Of a DNA stretch of 64,000 nt, positions 13,150 through 26,548 are shown piece by piece. Numbering within the stretch: position 1 is the first letter of the stretch; each line of letters opens with the position of its first letter. The stretch spans positions 36,456,001-36,520,000 of the forward strand of contig NC_043003.1 in assembly GCF_006345805.1 (NCBI RefSeq), read 5' to 3'. This stretch comes from Octopus sinensis. Its lineage: Eukaryota. Below the pieces are notes generated by a model that did no database searches, had not been told where the DNA came from, and saw nothing but the letters and a program-made list of their open reading frames with translations. The position numbers and the translations under genes are program-made.

Positions 13150-13420
13150 AATAATTGAGAAGGTAAACGTTTTTAATTTTTATTCCTTTCGAATATTTAT
13201 CCTCATTTGGTCGTTTTCAGTTTTCTACTGCTCTTTCTAGCACAAGGCTTTCCTATTTGGAAGCCTCTTATTGTATTTCTGTGTGAATAATATATAGTCT
13301 AATGACTATTTCGTTTTTGTGCTAGACCACTGGTAATAATAATTTCTTGTTACCCTATTGTTATTTATTATGTTTCTCTCTCTCTCGCTCTCTCTCTCCC
13401 TCTCTTCCTCTCTCTCTCTC

Positions 13421-13524
<104 letters not shown>

Positions 13525-13540
13525 CATATATATATACATA

Positions 13541-13660
13541 CACGGCCGGCTCTAGGGTTGCTGGCGCCCCGGTCAAGCTGAATTTCGGCGTGTGCAGTCT
13601 GACTGAACTGAAAATTTCCTTGTCGTTGTCACGCAGGTATAGATGCAAATATATCTAACT
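13541..13660 (+). mobile_element. Possible hAT-type MITE left end
   Basis: cacggccggctctagggttgctggcgcccc resembles the CAGGGCCGGC hAT termini; no matching right end seen. Confidence 0.3.
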
Positions 13661-14299
13661 ACTTGTCTCCTTCTAAAATCAGGCATAACTTGCCGACCGG
13701 TTGACTTACAACACCGTTCTTCGTCTTGGGTTTACTTTATAGAATTTTTTTTTCTTTAAATTGAGGTCGTGATGAGCTCTGAATGGCTTCTATGCGAATG
13801 AGTTCATTACTGGGTTCCAGAACTGTCATGGGGGAAAAAAAATTCTCGCCTCGGCGAGGAAAGACGTCAGACAAAAAATGTTGATAGCACATCAGTGAGC
13901 CAGTGTACGAAAGCGACCATGAATCACTACAAAACCTTTTCTATAAAAGTATTAATTGTTGTATACAAAATTTATAAATCACTAGCAGAATCATAATAAA
14001 AAAATTCTACAAAAGCACATCCTAATATCTGCTGCAAAGGCGGTGTCGGCAATAACGGAAAGCGCAGATATTTCCATATTTTATCACAAAATGCATTTAA
14101 AAAATACAAAAACTTCGAACATGACACAAATTCTTTTATTTTTAATTCAACCACGTACCAGCGTACCATTAACAATATGAAGAAAGAAAGTCTGCTACGG
14201 AACTCTAAGATATTAATATGATGCACAATATTCTCTTGTTATAATTTGGAAAAACATTCTACTATATTAACTGAAAAGATCAATTACACTCAGGTTATA

Positions 14300-14550
14300 T
14301 TTAAGAGTGATTATCACAACAGAGGAGGGCTCATAATATAATCAAATCTAACATGGAAAATATAGATATCTCAGACAACATAAAATAACACAAAACGGTA
14401 GAAAATGAGATATTTAGAACAGAAGCTTGCAACTGGAATTACGTTAATATAACAAACACAGTTAACAACTTGACTTCACAAGGAAGTGCACTAGGTTACA
14501 CTCACTAACTATGAATATCATCATGAGTGGAGACTTCAATGTGCTAAGCA
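14300..14550 (+). mobile_element. LINE APE-endonuclease relic
   Basis: Reads ...NRGGLII... and NIIMSGDFN, the IIxGDFN motif of LINE endonucleases. Confidence 0.35.
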
Positions 14551-15132
14551 CGACTTGTTCATAGAAACCGGTTGTTTTTTCCTCTACCAGTGAGAAATTG
14601 GATAAAGAAAGTTAAAACAAGCAAATGCACATGGGCACATACAAACATATATACACAATTGTGCATACATCCACAGTATCATATACACATACATAAATGA
14701 ATACGTATAAAATATATGTAAATGTGTACATTTATGGAACCATTCATAAATACATACCAAATTGTGAAACTCGGTTCAGTATTTAGTAAGATCATTGCTT
14801 GTTAGTGAGCAGCAAAGTGAAGATGACTTTTTAACCCAGCTGATTATTTCCAGCTTTTACCGCAATTATTACATAAATGCCACATTTCAGTTAAATGCTT
14901 GACAACCGAATATGCGTACAGACATGTTTCTTCAGCCAGCGATAGAATGACGACATTTGTTACTGCATTGACAGATATATGTTCATTCATGTGGCAATGA
15001 TCTATTAATAGCTTGCTTTGGTTTATGGAAGCTAACAAGACCAGCTTAGGCTGACAAACTCGATAGCATGTGAGCCTCACAAGGTGGCATACATAGAGAT
15101 GTATATAAATGCATATCCATGCTATAGATTAA

Positions 15133-15225
<93 letters not shown>

Positions 15226-15999
15226 TATTTGCACATTTCATTGTAGAACATCTGATTTTCGTAAATACCTGGAACAACTGTGGTAGAATAAAGCAACTTA
15301 ACACATATCCAAATGTAACAGGTTGATAGCACTAGGGAGATTTATAACAGTTCAAAATAATACACACAGAACACACACATATATGTATGTATCGATATAT
15401 GCATATATGTGTGCATGTATGTATGTATATATGTATCATTCTGTGTCCACTTAACGTGGATATTTTATAGAAAGCTATAAAATTGATTTGCAAATCACAG
15501 TCTTTCTAGATAGGTAGAGACTAAATTTTAAAGACGATACTTGACAATGAAACCGGGTAAAGATTTATATAAATATCAATAGGAGTAGCAAGATGGCCTT
15601 ATTTCTAGTTCTGGATGAGCTAAGAATCTATCCAGCTGTTCGCCTGCCCAGTGTTGCCGTTTTGGAAATATGCACATGGAGTGTTGCATCATTAATCATA
15701 TAGATTCCCTGGTCATGCATCGATTCTAATTTTAGGGTTACACTAAGCTCAGGTCTTGTTTCTTCCGATTGTGGGCCGATCGTTGGGAGCTTCGAAGTTC
15801 TAAGTATTGAAATGCATGTTATTTTCGGCAGCCCATTTGTAATATTGCATGCAAGTCGTTTTCTAGTTTTAGTATGTCGCCAGGTTCCTTCCCTCCCTGA
15901 AATAGTTTTGTATCACCAGCCTAGCTGGTGAAAGCGGCTGACTGTACTGTCGCGGACATGTCTGACGATCCTAAAAGTGCTTTCAAAGACGCCAGAAGC

Positions 16000-16200
16000 T
16001 ACCATTGAAATGCTAATTACCCAATTAATGGTGTTGTATATAGGGCTATGGTAGTTTCACATCTCTACATACAAACCTTGTATTGGTGCCACAGAAAATA
16101 GCTTCCAAAACTGTTTCACTCTCAGAGGAATTCCGATATACATAAAGCAAGTCGGTAACAAGTCTAGGCGAACACAACGTATGGCAATTAAAATAAGGTG
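16000..16200 (+). mobile_element. Penelope GIY-YIG endonuclease relic
   Basis: GVVYRAMV...YIGATENSF (with a frameshift) resembles the VIY...YIGxT motif pair. Confidence 0.4.
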
Positions 16201-16936
16201 GTTCTGTCTACCTTACGTTACATTGGTTGTATAGAAATTGCATTTGTCAGTTGTGCCTGAGTCAAAATTACTCTATACTAGTGAAAGGCATATCTGCATT
16301 GAACCATAAAATGAAGCCTTTGAATTTCCGTAGACAGGTTTTAGGATGCCTTATGTACGGGCAATCGATTCCGTATGACTAGCCCGTATAAGTCTCGCCC
16401 ATCATTTTCTATCTTCTACTATAATTGGTTCTTTAAAATAAGTTAGTTTTTGTAGGCACTTAATATGTTATCCCGTATCTATTTTTCGGACTTTAGAGCT
16501 ATCTTATACATGATTTTTGCCTACTATATTTCAATTTTAGTATATAGTGTTTACAAGTCTAATGATTCTAAACTTGTATCTTGCAAAAAACTTATATTTT
16601 CATATTTTTACATATTTCTTTCAAATTTTACCTTTATAACCATCTGTATACGCCATCGCTATTCGTCTCAGTATACGAAAATATATGTAGTTAGTATGCA
16701 TGCCTTTACATGTATGCATGTATAGGCATATGCATGTATAGTTATATGTCTACGTGTGTATGTTTCTACAACTTTATATGTGTGTGTCTATATATATAAC
16801 TGCAATAGTCGAAACTAAAACAAGTCGATTGTGTTACATTTTTGTTTTGTCTCCCCACTAACCCGTTTTTTTCTGTTTACTGGACAAAGAACATTCATAC
16901 TTGAGGACTGGTTCTTTCAATTCAATTAATTACATC

Positions 16937-17015
<79 letters not shown>

Positions 17016-17079
17016 ATAAAGAGAGATAGAAAGAGAGGGAGAGAAAGACTATTACACATGTGTGTATACATATATTTAT

Positions 17080-17144
<65 letters not shown>

Positions 17145-17844
17145 AGAGAGAGGGAAAGAGAGACACACACACACAAACACACACACATTTATAAATATAT
17201 GTATATCGAAATATACTTCTGCAGTTTTACGAATAGTTGTCAGTAATACTGAATACTTTTTTTAATTATCGTTTACCATGTCTGTGTGTTCGAGCTTAGT
17301 TTATTCTTTCCTTTGTAATTCAGTCTGTTCTTTTAAGTCTCCCTTAGGACACTTTATGCAACATCTTTCCCTATAAACAAGCTTTCAACCATTCAATTCG
17401 ACTCATCGGTTTGCCATTGGGTAAATCCAATACATAGTATAATATATATAAATATACAATTCAACGTTGTCTCTTCAATAACATCCCACTTCAATTTATT
17501 CCTTTAACATCAAACTATACTCTTCCCCCCTCCTTTTCCTCCGTTCTTACTTTTACTCTCAGCGATTAGATTTTCATTTCGTTTTATTATTTCGTGTTTA
17601 TTTAATCATTAGTATATTTTTATGTGGTTAATTTTAATTTTAGGTTCAGGTTTATTTCATTCTATTTTCATGGCTTATTCTTGATGTAGTCTACTTTATT
17701 CTGGTTGTTTTTATCCGCCGCTACAGTCAATTTCTCATTTTCATCCAACTGTACACCGTTATTTTATTAGTCTGTATAATCACAATTGGCTGATGAATGG
17801 CTACCTGCGGCAAAGTAATTTATTTTACTAAGCCCTTTTATATA

Positions 17845-17875
<31 letters not shown>

Positions 17876-19449
17876 ATATACATATATATACTAATATGTA
17901 CGTATGACAAACCTTCACATATATGAAGTCCAGAAAAGAAATTTGGGGATTCATACACTTACATATATGCAGACACCTGCAGGTTCAAAGAAACCCTTAA
18001 AATAATTTTATCTGACGCACGGCTTGAATTCCGCACATTATAATAACATTTTCTTTTTTAAAACAGCATTCGTAGAAACTATTTTTTACCTCTCAGAGAG
18101 GCTAAATTATACATTGAGATACCTGTGAATACATCAGCAAGGGCGGTAATTATATATCTCCAGGTGTGTCTACAAAGAATTTCAACAATGGAAATACTGA
18201 AAATGTTTCAAGAAAAGATTGAATCGCTCATAAAATCTCCTATTAGAATACATGCTTTATTTAACTAGTATTTATAAGACACCCACTGATTTAACATTGA
18301 CAGTCATTAATAATATCGGGGTTATATATTAATAATAAAATCACGAATTTTCGTGTTGGTACATAAATATCTTTCTACTTCTCTTTCCACACCTGTTAAA
18401 CAGAACCTTGAAGAGGCTAGATAAGTAATAAAGACGAACTAGTGAAAAAATTATTTCAAAGAGTTGGAAATAAAAAAATAATTACTGTTTATCTTCGGAA
18501 AACCATTTACTAGATGATAATACCTTTCACACGCAAACAAGCCAATACTGAATAATAAAACAATAACAATATTTGCAAGAATTAAAAAGAAAACACCTTC
18601 ACAGAACTTGATCCCTTTCAAACAGAAGTTAAAATATATTAGGTGAAATTCAGTCGTCAGAAGTGACCAGCTAAAAAATTTATACTTTTCAAAATATTCA
18701 GTATAAATATATTAGCGACCAACAGACTGATGAGACTGTGTTTATACACATCTAAAAGGCTCCTTCTCAAAAGGTTACCTTATCATTTCAATAAATTTCA
18801 AGAATGAGATGGGAAAGTATCTTAACTAGACTATATGGTTGCTAGAAGAAATTCGAAAGAAATATTATCGTTACATTACATCAAATACATTGAATATCAA
18901 TGGTGATATCCTGAAAACTCTTGATGAAGATGTACTAGCAGATGAAAATAATATTTAGACGATCATCGTATACTACTACGAGGAAACTGTACTTCTTTCA
19001 CAAATACCATATCCCACCTAAATGGTGCTGCTAGAACCAAGTGAGGAGCAAAAATCACTCACTTGGTCAAGATCTACAGTTAATTTTTAGGCTAGAACCT
19101 AATATATAATGTGAATATAAGCTATCCCAACCTTTTCTTTTGAAAACATTGCGTGAATAGCAATATTATCACAGCACGATCTAGTAGCTAGAAAGACATT
19201 CGGTTGTGTTGGACAACACAAATTCGAAACAGTCTGCTGCTCAGAATGTCATGGCATTGTATTTGGTTACTGTCTAATCGAATTACATGAAAGGACTCGA
19301 TTCTGCGCCACTCCACTCATGGATGGTTCTAATTACTAATTGCATGAGCACCGTAATATAAACTTTAAACAAATTGACTTCGTCTTAGAGCAATATCCTG
19401 ATGCTGTATACCTCATACGAATACTGAATTCATATCAGGAAAACTGGAA

Positions 19450-19660
19450 TATAGTCGTGTGCGGTCTGAATATATATGCAAATAGTAAGAAGTTATGAAG
19501 AAAAGAATAGACGTAATTAAGATTTTAGTAAGAGATATTAAGAATGAAAGTTGGTCGATATAAATACTCCAACGTCAATTTTGCACGAACGAAGGAAAAA
19601 TACGAACAAATCTCACTGTCCGAAATCTAACGAAGATATTCTTTGATATCAAAGAGTTTA
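19450..19660 (+). mobile_element. R4/Dong-like non-LTR RT relic
   Basis: GLNIYA...DI(R)MKVGRYKYSNVNF resembles DDLKLYA...DIGMEFGLDKCAKV; frameshifted. Confidence 0.3.
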
Positions 19661-20672
19661 AGGAGGGGATATTACAACCGGAGGTCAAACGATGGTTTTC
19701 ATAGTTTTCTGCTTCCTATAAAGCGGTGATTCACAATGTTTCCTCTACCAATGCCCAGGCAAATATTTGGGCTACTTGAGTGGGCACTAGACGTGATTCA
19801 ATTTCTTGATATTAAATATAGAAAGTTTTCATCAAGTGTGTCCACATTAACAGTGTTCATAAATGCTAAAACAGAGATCTATTACTCAAACACTTTCAAC
19901 GCCACACTGATGATGCAATAAATCGAAATATTGCGTTGGCGCAGAATTATTGGAGCTTTTTTTCAACAATTTTGTTTCAACAAAAACCAAAAACATCTTT
20001 AAATGACGGTCTGACTATCTGCCAAGCAAATGGGAAGCAGTAATTGAAGTAGATGGTGAATATGATCCGGTATAATCATTTAAAGAAAAATCATTTAAAT
20101 AGTATAGCAAAAATATAGCTTAATATTGCATATATTTTTTATTTACTTGATATTTAAAGAAAAGAAAATACTAAAATAAAAAGCACACATGCTATCTTTG
20201 TACTTCACCCTATTTCACGAGTAGGCACAAAAAATGTTCCATCATCCCACGAAAGGCTGAACGGTCCATATCGTTTCATAAGCCATTGAAATGTTGCGCC
20301 ATATTACTTCGAAACAGCTACTGACCAATAAGCATTGCCATGCATCATCACATTACGTCTGTATACATGACCCAACTAACAGCGAGAGGATTAGCAAGGA
20401 CTGATCATATATATATATACAGGAGTTACGGAATGGAATGGGTAAAACCTGGGCTACATATGTTTCATAGCCAGCAGAACCTCAGAAATGCTAAAAATCT
20501 CAGCGAGGTGTATACCGCCGGTTACTCTTCAGGCCAAGAATATCTTAATTAAATTAAAATTTACATTGTCGCAAGGATGTACATGTTGACGCATAGATGA
20601 TTCCATCAGAATTAGTAGAGAGCACAGTACGAGAGGCGTGTATAAATGTTGGAATACCCCCACACACACACT

Positions 20673-21320
20673 TTATTTAATTCCTTTATTCTTAATTGCA
20701 CGCGTCTCTCCGTATTTTTCCTTGCCATTTAAAAAATGAATGGTGATGGTCAAGCCAAAATTACCACCAGCTGAGTCAAACGCAGATGCAATTAATTGCA
20801 GACCTGTTTCCGAATGATTGACTAGATGGCAGTCGTCAGCGTATAAGTGTTCCCTAATGAGTGAAGAAAAAAAACCTTTCATTTTGAATTTTAGTCTGGT
20901 CAGATAAAAAATTTCCCTGTTCGATATTTGTATGTAAAAACCCTCCTCGAAGATTTGAAAATCCTGTGACTGCATAACAGCAAAATATATTGCAAAGAGG
21001 GCTGGTACATCAGGGTCACCTTCATTTACTCCATTTTCTACGGCAAAAGATTCAGAGAGCCTAACACCAACATTAACTCTAGTTTTCATATCTTGATACA
21101 AAGCCCTGATCACGTTTACAAATTGTTCTGAGCAACATATTTTCCCTAGAATTAGCCACAGAACATTTCGATTAACAGTATCGAATACTTTGGTCAAATC
21201 AGCAAAGCAATGGTATAGGGCAAAATTCTGTTCAATGCACTTTTCCTGATATTGTGTGATAGGAAAGATACAATCAACTGTGCCTCTTGAGAAGCGAAAA
21301 CTACATTGTGAATCAGACAC
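20673..21320 (-). pseudogene. RTE-clade LINE reverse transcriptase fragment (old)
   Basis: QCSFRFSRGTVDCIF...QEKCIEQN...FADLTKVFDTVNR...GVNEGD...LYADDC are RT domains 2-5 of RTE/BovB type. Confidence 0.85.
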
Positions 21321-21438
21321 TTCCGTCTCAATAAACCACTATTGTCCCTAAAAGGTTGTTTTTTTTTTATATATACTACGGACTACTCGAAGCTAACTTT
21401 CTTCCTACACTTCGATCCCTAGATCTTGCACACACACA

Positions 21439-21478
<40 letters not shown>

Positions 21479-21610
21479 TCACACACACACACACATATAT
21501 ATAGTGAGAATTTACAAAAAAAACAAAAGACGAAGACGGATGTGTAAACAGCCAACAGATGTATTACGCTCGGGAATTGGGAAAGTTTAACGCTCGGGAA
21601 TCGGGAAAGT

Positions 21611-21646
21611 CTTTTACGTTTCGAGCCTACGCTCTTCGACAGAAAG
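21611..21646 (-). ncRNA. Minimal hammerhead-like motif with variant core (U at position 6)
   Basis: Minus strand: cttt CTGTCGA a gagc-gtag-gctc GAA ACGT A aaag; all three stems pair perfectly. Confidence 0.6.
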
Positions 21647-22524
21647 GAACACAGAAATAAACAGTGGGAGAAAATATAAAAAAGGTTTAGTGGCTAGCGA
21701 TCTATCAGCACAGCGAAGTTTCACAGCTTCAGTGCAACATAACATTAAAGATGATATAATTTACGAGTTGTAGACGCTCATGTATGGCTACATTGAAGGA
21801 ACGCTTCGGGTGTAAGTAAGACATAACGGAGTATGCTATCTTCATCAGTAACATGATAATGCATTAAGTTCCAAACCAGAAACTGGAAAGTCTAATAAAA
21901 CTCATGATGTACAAGGAAGAAAGAGATAGTTAAAATGATGTAGAAAGAGGATAGAGATAGTTATAAAACCATATGCAACATCATGAATATCCTTGTTGGC
22001 ATAATCCACAATGTATTACATTAAAACGAATTATATTGAAGATACTTATTTATAAGTGAAATCTCTATAATATGTAAACTAGAGATATAATGCTCTGGTA
22101 CTGAAAAAAGTGTGCTCAGTGGTAGAAATCGATGTCTAATATACAGTTCAAAGTAGTAGAAAAGAAAAAGAAACTGTAAATAGCAAAAAATTAAGTAACT
22201 TGAAGATAACGCAACCAAACTAGAAATCAAAGTTAAGACATTTAAATGTCTTGGCTATGTAACTATTTTGTCTAAACGCAAATCTTCAAGAGAGCAAAAG
22301 AAAGATAATGCAAGACTAATTATGAAATTGCAATCACAAGCCATTAATAAAATTGTCAAAATATGTAAAGCATACCATTATTCTAGTCGGTAGTATGTAC
22401 TGTGCACGTCTATGAACATCCGAACGTTTACATGTCAGCACACATATCCACATATCCAATGATTTCACACATGCGAACACATACTCACGCACACGGATAT
22501 TTACATTGATGAATGCATATATAC

Positions 22525-22686
22525 GCAGGAGTGGCTGTGTGGTAAGAAACTCCCTTCCCAACCACACGGTTCCGGGTTCAGTCCCACTGCGTAGCATCTT
22601 GGGCATATGCCTTCTACTATAGCCTCGGGCCGACAAAAGCCTTGCGAGTTGATTTGGTAGACGGAAACTGAAAGAAGGCCGTCATG

Positions 22687-22768
<82 letters not shown>

Positions 22769-22952
22769 TAGTGTATCTGTGTTTGTCCCCCAAACATCAC
22801 TTGACAACCGATGTTGATGCGTTTACGCCACCATAACTTACCAGTTCGGCAAAGAGATCAATAGAATAAGTCCTGCACTCGATTTGTTCGACTAAAGGCG
22901 CTGCTCCAGCGAGGCCACAGGCAAATGATTGCAACAAGTAAAAGAATAAAAG
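22525..22952 (+). mobile_element. Full-length tRNA-derived CORE-like SINE (family A) with internal (TA)n
   Basis: A box tggctgtgtgg, B box ggttcagtccc, cttgggca CORE-like block, internal microsatellite, LINE-like tail ending aaagaataaaag. Confidence 0.85.
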
Positions 22953-22954
22953 TA

Positions 22955-22971
22955 TATATATATATATATAC

Positions 22972-23004
<33 letters not shown>

Positions 23005-23026
23005 TGTATGTATGTTTGTATGTATG

Positions 23027-23069
<43 letters not shown>

Positions 23070-23170
23070 GTATATACATGTTTGTATGTATATGTATGTA
23101 TGTATGTTTGTATGCATGCATGCATGTATATATGTATGTATGTATGTACACATTATTTATATATATACAT
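22955..23170. repeat. (TA)n/(TATG)n microsatellite
   Basis: Directly visible. Confidence 0.95.
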
Positions 23171-24029
23171 GCTTCATATTTGTGTACATGCATATACGAA
23201 CACCTACGTGAGGTGACGCCTAACTTCTAACGTGTCTTGTTTCGAATGAAGAGATCTGTAGTTCTTATAGTGGAGAAAGATTCCCAAACATATATACGCA
23301 TACATATATATATATACGCAAGGAAATATACATACAGGCATTGAAACATGCAAACACACATGCGTACCCGTTAATGTCGTTATTATTTCAAGCCTATCTC
23401 CCACTGCCAGTGTATGAAAATGAGATGCAGCCTAAAATGACATCAGTTCTAAATAATTCGATTTGAAAGCCAATATATTTTGCTTCATTTCAGTGTAATT
23501 CTTTTTAATACGATGGGCATTACTATTGAATCTATGTAGTCACAGTACAACTTAAATTTACACGTCAGTGTATACGCCAAAGTGTCTTATAAGAAGAAAA
23601 AAAACCAATAACATTAAATCTAAATTACCGACGTTCAATTGATATAACGCATGCAAATGGCAAATATATTCAGTCATTCAAAATAGTATCACGTTACAGT
23701 TTACAGTGAACTGGTTTCTACCGATTGTTTTCGCTCACACAAAACGGTTACGCATTAATACAATAGTATCTTTGTTTTAACAGATTATTAGACCATATTG
23801 GCGGTATCAGTTCTTGTAAGTCGTCAAAGTTGATGTTAACACAATCATTTCTCTCTTATCGATATCATTATTGAAATTACATATGCAGATTATGTCATAC
23901 TACTTCTCATATGTCTCTAATTACGACGGTATCCTCTTCATTGTATTGATAGCTATTACGTATGTACAGACATACTCTACACATACATTCAAATATACAC
24001 ACACGCTCATAAGCAACTGTATGTGTGTG

Positions 24030-24111
24030 CATAAATATATATGTATATATATATATACATATATATATACATACATATATGTATATATATATACACATAC
24101 ATACATATATA

Positions 24112-24143
<32 letters not shown>

Positions 24144-24216
24144 CATATATACATACATACATATATACATACATACATATACATATATATATATGTATGT
24201 ATGTATGTATGTTTTG

Positions 24217-24247
<31 letters not shown>

Positions 24248-24345
24248 GTACACTTACATATGCACAAATGTATACGTACACACACACACATATATATATA
24301 TATACACAAAGATATATACACATACATACATGCGTGTGTATGTGT
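24030..24345. repeat. Compound (TA)n/(TACA)n microsatellite
   Basis: Directly visible. Confidence 0.95.
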
Positions 24346-24362
24346 TTGTATAACGATACGCG

Positions 24363-24823
24363 TGTACATATATAACGATATACATGTGCATTTATAACGA
24401 TACACATGTACATATATAATCTATTTTCTTTGTTCCTATGGAATTACTTGTGTTATTTTGCATTTAACTATATTTCACGTAAATCTATATCTTTCATTAA
24501 ATTATCTTGACATATTCCATGAAGTAATGTGATAGTAACGATTTGGAACGCACAGAACTCACGTTTGATTATTCCTGTGTAAAATTTAGGAAGTAAGTTC
24601 AAATCCCTACGTGATTTAAGTTTCATTTCAATCATTTCAAGTTCGATAGAATAAGACAGATGTAGTAAGTTCAAAGATATTGAATAATCCTTTCCGAAAT
24701 CATTACATATGTACATATATAACGATATACATGTGCATTTATAACGATACACATGTACATATATAATCTATTTTCTTTGTTCCTATGGAATTGCTTGTGT
24801 TATTTCGCATTTAACTATATTTC
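24363..24823 (+). repeat. 114-bp direct repeats (24363-24476, 24710-24823) around a 233-bp spacer
   Basis: Near-identical copies, 2 substitutions seen. Confidence 0.9.
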
Positions 24824-24829
24824 TATTTT

Positions 24830-25490
24830 GAGGTTTTGCCACGACAAGCCTCCTCAAAATTGAAGAAACCTTCTTAGGATTCCTGCAGAATACAAGCGTA
24901 AACCCTTCTGCAAGCCGAGAATACGTTTGTCAATTTTAGTGACCTTCATCATCTTAGGTAGCGCTTTGGGTGTTGTGAAAAGCGCACCAGCTACTGCAGG
25001 GACAATTATCACCGTCTTTCACAATTTCTTCATCAATCTGGCGAAGTCTTAATATTTCTCTATTTTCTCAATTACTTTCGTACCACTTTGCAATCATATG
25101 ACATATTAAATTTGATCTTACTGTTTGTCCATTGTATTTGATTCGGACTTTTTTGCTTGCTTTTTTTTTGGCTTTGTTTACTAATTTTTTCATCTATCGC
25201 ATCTGACCTACACGCGTTAATACTATAGTACGTCTGCGGGAAAAGTCCCATAAAAACTTCTTGGTACTCATCATTCACCATCACAGACTCCGTTCATGTT
25301 ACTTTTCTCCAATTTGGAAACAGAAACTCGGTTACCATCGCAGCGCACAGATTGCCAGCGCGTAAAATTTTTCGGTTAGTTGTCGTCTCCTTTTCCATAG
25401 ATTTTGCGTTTCCTTTCTGACTGAGTTCTTTCAGTCTTTATCGCATCAACTTCTTTCTAATGGCTTGTTGGCTATAATTGACAATTTAGG
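24830..25490 (-). mobile_element. R4/Dong (NeSL-group) non-LTR element 3' relic, restriction-like endonuclease domain
   Basis: Minus strand reads ACRSDAID (~RRPDIV) and EKY*DFARLMKKL*KTVIIVPAVAGALFTTPKALPK...LQKGLRLYSAGILRRFL, matching the C-terminus of RLE LINEs. Confidence 0.6.
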
Positions 25491-25809
25491 TTCTTGTTTC
25501 ATGTAACTGTCTCTCAGATACAACCAGTGTTTTTTTGCCCTCGAACATCGTTGGTTCTTACATTTTATTATGGATGTATTTTACAAGAAGCATATATATA
25601 TAACAACATGCAGCACGATATTTTGTCAGTGAACAGGTCGCGGTCTCAAAGCGATGAAAATATTTTGACAAATTAAATTTAAATGATGAAATGAATCTAA
25701 CGGTTTTGTGTGTTTTTTAAATGACTTATAAACACCTTCCACGCTGCAATTGTTTTCGTTCCAGCACACGATCTCAGATCAAGTCACTCGCTATGCAAGT
25801 ACATCTCCG

Positions 25810-25862
<53 letters not shown>

Positions 25863-26514
25863 ATATACATATATACTCTGCAAAACCGTAATCTTTCTAA
25901 GTACTTTTCATAAATTCGCACATGCAACATCATCCCAAGATAATGCGTGAAGAAAAAAATCCTAGGTGTGTGTCCTCTCGGGAGTAAACCACAAATGCCA
26001 AACAAAAGGGAAACTGAAAGATTGATTGTTGCAATGGAGCTTTTGTAGATTATGAATGAATGTTAGGATATCACGCAGAAAACCTTTCACGTGACGTTCA
26101 GAAACTTTTATGACGTCACACACTCCGTTTTCTTTCACCTTTTCTTCGTCCTTAATATCCTACACCACCTTCATTCAGTTTTCCCTTCTCTCCATTTCTC
26201 TCTATCTCTTTCACTTCATAGCTTACCATTTCGTATACACACAAACCACTCATACACGCACACTCAAGTATTTCTGTGAGAAAATATGTATTGGAAATCA
26301 TTATAATATTCCTTAATAAGCCTTAAAAATGTGTCCTTAAATATTTAAACTACAAGTACCATGGAGAATAAAGTGTCGCTCTCTATTATGAATCTCAGAC
26401 ATCGATGTTTCGAACTATTTTGGCTCTCGTCAATGAGATATACCTAAGAGAGGCAACTCTGAACAAACTTATAAAGCAATAGTTTTATATAAAATTCAGC
26501 CAATACATACAAAC

Positions 26515-26545
<31 letters not shown>

Positions 26546-26548
26546 TTA

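Larger units (their letters stand above)
12588..13375 (+). mobile_element. Retrozyme-like / Penelope pLTR-like unit: two 343-bp direct repeats (12588-12930, 13033-13375) flanking a 102-bp spacer, each with an HHR motif
   Basis: Repeats align end to end at offset 444-445 with scattered substitutions; each contains CTGATGA...GAAACCATG(A/G)TC. Confidence 0.7.

Noticed and set aside
19180-19290. Cys-rich reading (GCVGQHKFETVCCSECHG) resembling a piggyBac C-terminal domain
   Set aside because: Too short and degenerate; no TTAA/TIR or catalytic region found.
19900-19942. CTGATGA...CGAAAT on the plus strand
   Set aside because: No consistent stems II and III around the core; chance or too decayed.
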